Shown here piece by piece: positions 52,091 through 61,161 of a stretch of DNA of 61,161 nt; positions within the stretch are counted from its first letter, which is position 1; the number at the start of each line of letters is the position of its first letter. The DNA is from Candidatus Bathyarchaeota archaeon (lineage in GTDB: Archaea; Thermoproteota; Bathyarchaeia; Bathyarchaeales; Bathycorpusculaceae). The translations under genes and the position numbers were made by a program. Below the pieces are notes generated by a model. It had not been told where the DNA came from, did no database searches, and saw only the letters and a program-made list of their open reading frames with translations. The stretch spans positions 1-61,161 of the forward strand of contig CAVZPM010000013.1 in NCBI GenBank assembly GCA_963777155.1, given 5' to 3'.

Positions 52091-53795
52091 TTATGTGTTT
52101 TCAGGTTTTCTCCTTAAGCGTCTGAGGGCTATTACTGTGTAGACCAAAATAATTTCAGGAGTAATTATGCCAAGGGCAATCAAAGGCCCAAATAATGCTG
52201 ACTGCGGCATTAAAGGAGTTGCAAATTGTATTTTCATTTGATGTGTACTGAATTGTGTTGTGTACCATACGTAAAAGTTTTCTGAATCTTGCATGTAGCC
52301 CTGATTTGAAGCTTGCTGGTCGTCAATATATACAACTGGGTTTGTTCCATAGAGTACGGCTGTTTTCGGAATAGTTATGATGCTGAAACCTGTGGTGCCA
52401 CTTTCGCCTGTCACGGTGAAAGACACTGTTGTTGAGTTGGAAGATTGGGTTGTTAATATAGTAACGTTGGAAAACTGGGAACTAGTTACGTTTCCGCTAA
52501 TTGCAAGATCAACAGTTGCACCACTATCTGTCTTAGCTTTCACAGTTGTTTCTAATGGGGTTGGAGAAGGCGATGGTTTTGCTGTTGGAGTTGGAGTAAT
52601 TGTTGGCTTTGGTGTTGATATTGGCACTGATGTTGGTGTTGTCGTTGAGGTTGGAGTCGGTGTAGGTATTGGAGTAGGTTCTGGTGTGGGTGAAGGCGTT
52701 GGAGTAGGAGTGGGCGTGGATGTAGGAGTAGGCGAAGGCGAGGGAGTAGGTGAAGGAGATGGACTTGGAGAGGGAGAAGGAGAAGGACGTCGGAGTTGGG
52801 TGCGGAGTTGAATGCGTTGGCTTTGGAGTTGGACTTGGCGAAGGAGAAGGTGAAGGAGATGGACTTGGAGAAGGAGAAGGAGAAGGAGTTGGAGTTGGGG
52901 AAGGAGTTGATGTTGGCTTTGGAGTTGGGCTTGGCGAAGGAGAAGGTGATGGAGATGGACTTGGAGAGGGAGAAGGAGAAGGTGTGGGCGTTGGGGTTGG
53001 AGAAGGTGAAGGAGTTGGTGTGGGAGTAGGCGTTGGTGAGTTAATTGTGAAAGGAGACGTGGCAGAAGTCAAAGTACCAGAAGCCCCAGTCAACGTATGC
53101 GTACCAGTACCAACAGCCGTGGCTTTATAGTAGAAATTAGCAGAACTACTTTGACCAGAAGCAATCGCAATCGACGTAATCGCATTAGTACCAGCAGCAT
53201 TAGAATAGAACACACCCGTACCAGAACTACTCAAAGCAACAGTGATAGCAGAAGCCCCAGTACTAACAGGAGTACCAGACGCAGTCTGACGTTGGACCAC
53301 AATCGCGGCCGAAACAACATTAACAGTCAAAGTCTGAGGAGCACCAGAAGAAAACACCAACTTAGTAGCAACAGCAGCAGCGTTAATTGTGAAAGGAGAT
53401 GTGGCAGAAGTCAAAGTACCAGAAGCCCCAGTCAACGTATGCGTACCAGTACCAACAGCCGTGGCTTTATAGTAGAAATTAGCAGAACTACTTTGACCAG
53501 AAGCAATCGCAATCGACGTAATCGCATTAGTACCAGCAGCATTAGAATAGAACACACCCGTACCAGAACTACTCAAAGCAACAGTAGTAGTTCCAGTAGT
53601 AACAGGAGTACCAGACGCAGTCTGACGTTGGACCACAATCACAGCCGAAACAACATTAACAGTCAAAGTCTGAGGAGCACCAGAAGAAAACACCAACTTA
53701 GTAGCGGTAACTTGAGCTGTGGCTTGTATGTTCACGAATGCGCAGATTGATAGCGAAATTAGAAATGCGACTATTAGGATTTGTAGTTTTTTCAT
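52091..53795 (-). CDS. Secreted surface protein: two near-identical Ig-like domains, long Pro/Ser/Thr linker, C-terminal domain and TM anchor; frameshift near 52800
   Basis: Signal peptide MKKLQILIV; [14 protein letters not shown] repeated twice; (SP)n/(TP)n; YTTQFSTH; TM + RRLRRK. Confidence 0.8.
52555..53040. repeat. Low-complexity repeat encoding Pro-Ser/Pro-Thr linker
   Basis: ggagaaggtgaaggagatggacttggag-like units recur. Confidence 0.8.
53041..53705. repeat. Near-identical tandem duplication, period 342 bp
   Basis: ttaattgtgaaaggaga... begins at 53041 and again at 53383. Confidence 0.9.
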
Positions 53796-54052
53796 GTTTT
53801 TTCATTCTGTTGTTTCTTATTGACCTGGATTTTGGTTAATTGTCTATTAAAAGACAGCGTTTTACTTGCTTTAACCTTTCCCAATCTTATACTTGCAGAG
53901 ATGCGTATTCAGAAAAGAGATAAGTTGATTGGACTTGATAATTAAATCTAAAAATACAACGCACATGCTCAAATTATGAAACAAACAAATTTATCACTTG
54001 ATAATCTTGCAGGATTTCGGTCTTTAAGAATTTTAGGAATCAAAAGTTTTAT

Positions 54053-54271
54053 CTATAATCTTAGAGGTAGACCGTTAATTACTGTTATGGCAACAGTCAC
54101 CAAGAACAGTGTACCTAGCACCATCGCCAAAATCCGAAGTTTCTTCATGTCTGAGACTAACGTCTTTTCCCCAAATACATAGGGTACAATTTCAGCTGTA
54201 CCTAGGACAAGAATCGCGCTCACTGCCAGAAGCAAACTGAAATCTTGCAAAGTTAAGGGAGGAAGTAACAT
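54053..54271 (-). CDS. Small two-TM membrane protein
   Basis: PLTLQDFSLLLAVSAILVLGTAEIV; paralog of 45154..45351. Confidence 0.7.
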   Translation of the reverse strand: MLLPPLTLQDFSLLLAVSAILVLGTAEIVPYVFGEKTLVSDMKKLRILAMVLGTLFLVTVAITVINGLPLRL

Positions 54272-54273
54272 AA

Positions 54274-55062
54274 TTACACTTCTTCCATTCGATACTCTAT
54301 GATCAGGGTTTTGTTATCAGGGTTTAACGTATCACTTTGAATCGTTATTGGCCTATCTGATGCCTTGGCAAATGCACATGCAAAGGCACTCGCCAAAATG
54401 CATCCGACTTGCGTGTGCGTTCGGGGTTGACTATTCCTGGTTTCGTGGCAAAGCGTGTTGAATATACTGCTTGTTACCACTAAGGTTATGATCCTTTCTT
54501 GGATTTGAATCTGCACGTCTTCGGCAAATTTCAAGTTGATAAATAGTCTCTTAATACTGTTTTGCATTTGAGGTAGAGAAATTTTTCTAAAAGACAATCC
54601 GAGTTCGTTTTCAAACATTGCTGAAAGAGCAAGTCCTGGAGGAGTGAAGAACAAACCGGTTTTTTTCTCAGCGAACAATTTGTCGCTTGCTTCATCAGCT
54701 GTGGGGAGAGGCGTCTGACTCGTTTTAGGAATGAACACCAAGCTAGACTCGAAGTTGTGAAGGTTTTGAGGCGGCAAATATACTCCCTTTTCAACCAAAT
54801 CGAATTCTAGGAGTGAGCGTTCAATGTTGCTACCGCTTGCGCTTGCAGAAGCCTTCAACAAGTCGAGAAATGCATGTTTCGTTGGAGTGAAGAAGAGAAG
54901 TAGCATACTCCAAAAAGCTACAGAAACGCCTATAATAGCTAGAAAGGATGAACCATTCAGCGCAGAGAACACTATCATGACTACGCCTGTCATGAGAGCT
55001 ATGCCTATAATGAGCACTGTAGTTGCATCTTGGCTAATTCTCTTTTTCTTAATTTCAAGCAT
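54274..55062 (-). CDS. Two-TM membrane protein with V4R-like C-terminal domain
   Basis: GVYLPP, LVFIP, TPPGLAL and GCILASAFACAFAK segments. Confidence 0.7.
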   Translation of the reverse strand: MLEIKKKRISQDATTVLIIGIALMTGVVMIVFSALNGSSFLAIIGVSVAFWSMLLLFFTPTKHAFLDLLKASASASGSNIERSLLEFDLVEKGVYLPPQNLHNFESSLVFIPKTSQTPLPTADEASDKLFAEKKTGLFFTPPGLALSAMFENELGLSFRKISLPQMQNSIKRLFINLKFAEDVQIQIQERIITLVVTSSIFNTLCHETRNSQPRTHTQVGCILASAFACAFAKASDRPITIQSDTLNPDNKTLIIEYRMEEV

Positions 55063-55273
55063 TTGACTAATCTTTGTTCGGACCTCAATTAATATATTAT
55101 TATAAACAACAATAGGTTTTAATTATATGAACATAGTAACCTCATCATCTCAATGAACAGTCTGAGATTTTTAGCTCGGCAGTCAATTTACTCTCTAAAT
55201 TTCAAAAATGAAAGGGGCATCAGAAAGAGATTTCTTAGTCCACTTGACTTCTTACAAAAAGAAATGGGGAATT

Positions 55274-56847
55274 TTATTTTGTCCAGTTGGTGTAGGCTGT
55301 CCAGTCGGTTGTTTGCATGTATGCTAATGACCAAAGGGCGACGCCTGCGAATTTGCTGTCCTAGTTGGATGCCCCACAGCACTCAATTGCTGCGTCAGAG
55401 TAACCCCTCTACCTTGCATAGCCATTAAGCCGGCTAATACTGGGCATTTTGAACTGGAAAGTACTGCGTTTATTTGGTCTTTGATCCACTGTGGATACCA
55501 GGGCTGGCTGTCGTAGAACATTGGGCAAACGTATGTTACTTGTGTGATTCCGCCGTATAGTGTGGGTATGTTTGTCGCGTACATTGCGAATAGGTCGACG
55601 CTTGATTTTTTGCCTATTGCTGTTAGGGCGTTGCCTAGTGCGTTTGCGTATGTTACGTAGTTGCTGTCTGAGCCGGTGAAGCCTTCGTATAAGTCGTCGT
55701 TGAATCCGTCAAATCCGTAGCTTTGAACACAGTTTACTGCTGCAGTTACTGTTTTGGCTCTGATGCTTGAGTCAGCCAAGTTCACCTTTGTGTTGCCTGT
55801 TGACCATATTATCCATGCATGAACTTCGATTTGGTTATTTGAATAGGTCTTAATCGCATTTATAGTGTTTTTTATTGTTTGAGAACTCCACCAGTAGTTG
55901 ATGCTTACGGTGCTGCTGCTTTGTTTCCAGTTTCCGATTTGTACAAAAACGATTTTTGTGTTGCTGTTGAGTAGTTTTTGAACGACTGTTTGTTGGTTTT
56001 GGTTGAGGAATTCTGTTTCCGGGTGTTCTAGCCAAATTGCGTTTAATTTGGAAGATGCAAGTGACGGAGTTGCTGCTGGTGTTGGTGTGGTTGTGGGTTT
56101 GGGGGTAGGAGTTGTTGTTGGAACTGGAGTCGGTGACGGAGTAACAGTTGGAACTGGAGTCGGTGACGGAGTAACAGTTGGAACTGGAGTCGGTGACGGA
56201 GTAACAGTTGGAACTGGAGTCGGTGACGGAGTAACAGTTGGAACTGGAGTCGGTGACGGAGTAACAGTTGGAACTGGAGTCGGTGACGGAGTAACAGTTG
56301 GAACTGGAGTCGGTGACGGAGTAACAGTTGGAACAGTATAGGTGCCGTATATGCTTGTTACAGTATTTTCGTTTCCACTAGGGGTTCCAAAAGTTGAAGG
56401 GTAATCTCCCGAGTAAGTGTTGGTTTTCCAAACGTGAGCGTTTGTCGACGTGGTCATCATTGTTCCTGTTGACGACGGGCTACTTGAGACTATGCATAAC
56501 CAATAATATCCCGCAGCAAGGGAACTTTGTGGAACTGCAAATGTTTGCCAGCCGCTTGTAGTTATTGCTTGGGTGTTGCTCTGGGCTATTAGTGTGGACG
56601 GTGCACCGTTTTTATCTGTATAGATTGCTGCTTTGGCGTTGAAACCGGTGTTTTTGAAATATACCGTGATGCTTTGCAATATGCCGTCTTGCATCAGTTG
56701 AAATCTGCTTGCATCTCTATCAGTTGCAAAATTATTGGTCAGCGCTCCGACTGCTGTGTTTCCGAAAGTATACGAAGAAGGTGTTGCTGCTTCAACTTGG
56801 ATTACAGTTGCACTAAAAATTGACAGCGTACTTATAATGACAAGCAT
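55274..56847 (-). CDS. Secreted GH18-like TIM-barrel protein with N-terminal beta-sandwich and PT linker; frameshift near 3' end
   Basis: [12 protein letters not shown] resembles the GH18 DxxDxDxE motif; CPMFYD; shifted tail [17 protein letters not shown] ends at TAA 55274. Confidence 0.7.
56117..56334. repeat. Perfect 30-bp tandem repeat, 7 full copies plus a partial (encodes [10 protein letters not shown])
   Basis: Unit gttggaactggagtcggtgacggagtaaca. Confidence 0.95.
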
Positions 56848-57710
56848 AGCAATGCATAGAGCCGAGGGTTTTTTGAGCTTTCTGAAGGTTAAGCAGCCTA
56901 ATATTTTTCCTAAGTTCTTAGTTCTTATTTTTCTCTCTCTCCCGAATTTAGGAACCGATTATCGGTTGCATCTATTTTATATCTTCTTGAGAAATTCACT
57001 AACGTAGTCTGCCAACTTCATTCTAAGTTTTGCGAAGGCAACTTTACTAATCTGCAAAGTCAGTTGAAACAAACACATTTAACAAGTGCATTTTCCTTGT
57101 CAGTTGGTTATTTTGAATAAAAGCGGTTAGCTAAGAGAATATGTTTGACGAAGCAGAGCTACTAAAGCATATAGGTGCCGTTTATTACTGTCTGATGTCC
57201 GTATTGGGAGGTAAAATAAGTTAACAAAAAATGGAAATCATTTAATCACAGACCTTAAGCCAAAGGGCGATGCGTCCTATCCCTGAAAAATAATTTTGAA
57301 GAACTGAAACACAAAGTCTAAGAAACGCTGAGAGAGTGGTTCCACATAAACCTAACATTCTGGCAACACAGAATAGAAGTTGAACACTCCAATTAAGGCA
57401 TTATTTCCAAGGATATTGATTAATTTTCTCATTTCATCATAAAGTGGATAGTCAACTTTAGGTGCTCGCCAATTCCATTTGTGGAGAATGATGACGGCAC
57501 AAGAGGTTTTTGTTGGAGCTCTGCCAGTATACATGGGCTTGATCATAGGCAAGCCCTTGTAAGATGACTGCTCAAAAAGCGAACAAGAGGGTAATGCAGC
57601 ATCTAAAACAATCTATCAAACTTATAGTACTGCAGTTGAGAATTTAGAATAACCCAAATGAATCTGACCTTAACATTTTAGTATGCATTATTCATTTTGC
57701 AAAAATGTGA

Positions 57711-58938
57711 CTAAACAAGGAGTTCGGGCATTGCAAATATCTGAGAGGTCATAGGTAATCCACCTTTATTACCGCTCAGCCATTTTTCCGTCTTTTTCAT
57801 TCCTTCTTCGAATGAAATTTGTGGTTTAAATCCTAAAATATCCGTTGCACCTTTGATTGAAAATTGGAGTGGCAATACGAAAGTTTTTTCCAGCCAAATT
57901 TCAGGAATTTTAGGAAATTTTGACGGGCAGCTGATGTCTTCTGTTGTCAAAGAAGGATTTGTAGACTCTCTCAGATTATTAGGAGATAATGTAGACTAGC
58001 TTTGTGATTTTTGTTTTCTTAATTAAGGAAATAAGGAAATCAAGACCGCTACTTTCATTTTTCAAATATGGAAGAATTGAAGAAATTTGCATAGGATTTA
58101 AGAGCATATGCTTGATATCTTCAAGCTTCTGTCTTGTCTCTTTCAGCCCTAAGGGCACTTTGAGTTATTCCTAACAAAGGATAGGGATGAGGAAGCATTT
58201 TTATGTAACTTGAGAAGAAAGTTCTCCAACTGATTGTTTTATTATCTGAGATAGTTAAAGCGTGACCTACTGCGTCATCTTCTTTTATTGCTAATATTAT
58301 GGCTTCCACCACATTATCGACATAGACAGTATTGGAAGGAGAGAGACCGCCATTAACTAAAGTATAGCAACCTTGTTCGACCATACTAATTGGTCTATTT
58401 GTCCAACAAGTTGAGTATCGTCCGAAAACGTTGCTGAGCCGCAATACAACGAGCGGAAGTTTTTTTAAATCATAATGTAAAAAGGCTATCCTTTCGCATT
58501 CTATTTTACTTTGGCTATAGGTTGTTAGATAATCATTTTTAGAATATTTGTAGTTAGTATTCCATCTTTTACTTTGTCAACAGTAGGGGAATAACCGAAC
58601 ACTGCAGTTGAGCTAATATGAATAAACTTTTTTACTCCATGCTCCAATGCGGCGCGTATAATATTTGAGGTTCCGATGGGGTTTTCATGAGGCTCTCCAA
58701 CTGCACAATGGACAACAATGTCACACCCGCAAGTAGCTTTGCGCATAGCCTCTATGGAGGTCATGTCTCCAAATACTTTTTGGACAGGTAGCCTATCTAT
58801 TCTCACAGTGGGAATTAAGGGATTTTTAACCAACCCTCTAATGCGGGTTCTCCTAAACTGAACCAAGCGTCCAGCTAAATGCCCGCCTATGAAGCCTGTA
58901 GAACCGGTTATTAAGATAGTCTTATCTTCAATATTCAT
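57711..58938 (-). CDS. NAD-dependent epimerase/dehydratase (extended SDR), multiple frameshifts (error or pseudogene)
   Basis: ILITGSTGFIG, HISSTAVFG, YSQSK in bridging frame, RLSNVFG, VYVDNVV and LGFKPQISFEEG motifs. Confidence 0.8.
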
Positions 58939-59334
58939 TAGTAAGACTGCCCACTTACTACAAAGTAGGAGCCTCTTTATTATTGAAAGTTGTTATTCAG
59001 GAATCAATATTCCCAAACATAAGACGAGATAAACAGTTACTTCATCATTTTTTCAACTAAACAAGGTCTCACCAAAAGAACATGAATGTACTGTAAATCT
59101 GGATAAGATCAAACTCTCTTTTTCTCGAAGAAAAAAAGTCTAATTGCTACAGACAATTAACACAAACAATCCATTCATATTTAAAGCCAAAAAGTACCCA
59201 AAGTACGGTGGCTTTATACAATAATCACATTTAGATAAGGGTACCCAACTTATTAGAGAAATAACCAATATTGATCAAAAGCACAACTAAACTTGTAAAA
59301 AATAAAGGCATAAATAACGAGAAAAAACTACAAC

Positions 59335-59971
59335 TTACATTTGCTGTCTTTTCCCTTTTTCTACAAAGCCATACTCTCTTATGACCGCCGCAGTGGCAGA
59401 AACCAAACTAAACATTAGTAGGCTCAATATCATGGTGATTATATTTATGCCCCATGGAGTAAAGTTCAGGACCGAACCGATCTATAAGTGCAACCAAAGC
59501 CATACTCATAATTATGCTCAAAGCTATTCGATCTACACGACTGGATTGTAGATGTTTCTGTTTTAGGAGCATTTACCGGGAAGAGCAACTCGATAAAGTG
59601 TAGCCTGGTAACCATAGGACAAATATTAATCCTAATATATTTCTAATGTAGCTCCACGGATAGAAGGTTTCGCTAATATAGAAAGCAAACACTATTGCGA
59701 ATATTGATACTGCAACAGTTATCCTATACCAGAGTGTTTGATTGCTCTGCATATAAGATAAAAGATTTGAGGGGAGTGGCAAAGAGGGGCTACTGAGTCT
59801 AATTTTTGACTCACTCTGTAATTTCATGACAATATCAACTATCTCTTTGTCTGACCAACCCCTTTTTTCTTTCACAAAAGTCACGAGTTCTTGCACAGTT
59901 TGGGGACTCTTCTCATCGGCGATGCGAAGTATTGTCTGGGTTAGTTCATCAGTTGTTGAGTTGCTATCCAA
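59335..59971 (-). CDS. DUF1616-domain membrane protein, frameshifted
   Basis: IRNILGLIFVLWLPGY; downstream frames give RIALSI and LNFTPWGI...AAVIREY. Confidence 0.75.
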
Positions 59972-60091
59972 TAGAGATTATCCTCGAAAAGAAATATTCT
60001 TAAGTTATATAAAAACAACTTAAAAGTAATTCAGAAAACGTAAAAGAGCCATATTTTCAAGATTTTAGGCAACGTATGATTACTTCTGATT

Positions 60092-61161
60092 TCAATTGTG
60101 CTTGAACTTTTTAAATACTAAAACGCTGGCGATGGCCCAACTAATATTACTGCAACTATTTCCGCTATAGAGGAGAAAAGCGTTTATTGAGTTTATGGTA
60201 TGGTTTGGAGTCTGCGTGGGAGTAATAAAAAGATGTAAGTGTAGCGAGAAGCGGTCGCTGTAGGAGATGGGGATAAAGTTGGAGTAAATGTGCTATATGG
60301 TGTGTCAGAGCCCACGTTTACGATCAGGAGTAGATGAAGGCACGGGAGTAGGTGTAGGAGCTGGCGGGTTGTGTGTTTCCCAGGTTGCTGTTGCTGTCTT
60401 AGGACTCGTCATAGCAATAGGATTTGAAGGTGAAGAACCGCCGGAAGCATCACTCCAACCAGCAAAGATGTACTGAACCCCAGCAGACCCATCCACAGTG
60501 GTCGGGATTATTGTGGCGTTTCGCAGAACTCCTAGCGGTATACAACCTGAACCACCTACAGTGCCGTAAGTTGAGACACATACAAATCATATTGAGTCGC
60601 CCAAGTCCAAGTAATATTCGAAGGCGCATTAATTGTGAAGGTCACGGTTGAAGTACTACCAGAAACAGGAACACTACCACTACCAGACCAACCCGAACAA
60701 ACATACTAAACCCCAGTCACTACAAGAAGGAGGCGAAGTTGTAACGTTAACAGAGGATCCTGCATCATACCAATTGTCACCCACCAAAGATCGTATGCCT
60801 ACAATTCGTTGTAATCTTCAGTTTCTGTTGTCCTCCATGAAGCAGTTTCATTTATCTGGACCATTCATCGTAACAAATATCGGATTATCAGTTCCATTGT
60901 AGCTTCCGGTGCTGACCAACACAACCAAGCCAACTATAACGTTTATCAGCTCCCGCAGTTGGAGATGACACTTCGTCGATCGTCACAGTGGATCCAGCCG
61001 CATCTCCAATCTCCCCACAGAGGGCGTTGTAGTTCCAGTGTACGCTGTAAGCGTCAACTTATACTGATGGATGAAGGTTCATAACAGTCATGTTGCGTGA
61101 AACAGTCACTTCTTTCGAGTGTTTCCCATTCCAGCTGCACCATTAGCCGCCCCAGCTACTG
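60092..61161 (-). CDS. C-terminal part of a secreted surface protein with beta-repeat domains, PT linker and TM anchor; heavily fragmented, 5' truncated
   Basis: QYIFAGWSDASG...MTSPKTATATW; PTPTP linker; ends IASVLVFKKFKHN. Confidence 0.55.

Noticed and set aside
52377-53750. Plus-strand Gly/Val/Glu-rich and Arg/Ser-rich ORFs (also 56003..56341)
   Set aside because: Antisense shadows of the Pro/Ser/Thr repeats and duplicated domains on the minus strand
56117-56334. 30-bp repeat array as a CRISPR
   Set aside because: Units are directly adjacent with no spacers, are in frame within a CDS, and no cas genes are present
57000-57700. ORF 57352..57552 and surrounding gap as a gene remnant
   Set aside because: Cannot assign any family; region lies in an error-rich part of the assembly

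Overview
Archaeal genomic DNA. Gene content (tiaS, archaeal alaS, trmI, PQQ-propeller C-terminus, stand-alone Lrp/AsnC domains, DUF1616, a PEF-CTERM protein) fits a Bathyarchaeia-like MAG; this is an inference. Many genes carry single-base frameshifts, probably long-read consensus errors that worsen towards the right end. Layout: housekeeping and signalling genes (1-9.9 kb); a TIR-TRASH/MinD pair; an AT-rich-looking accessory block (11.7-18.3 kb); core genes pyrG, tiaS and alaS (19-30 kb); an operon for an ATP-dependent Fe-S reductase (32.3-37.3 kb); a three-gene GlpA-like oxidoreductase cluster; and a cell-surface/glycan locus (44.5-61 kb). The best candidate for an undescribed system is in the accessory block. 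A 75-78 aa peptide ending in Trp overlaps tail-to-tail with a polyprenyl-synthase homolog that lacks the chain-elongation motifs. The pair is flanked by a signal-less subtilase and an MFS transporter, an arrangement resembling a ComQ/ComX-type prenylated-peptide (RiPP/quorum-sensing) system. All family assignments come from recognising motifs by eye, not from database searches.
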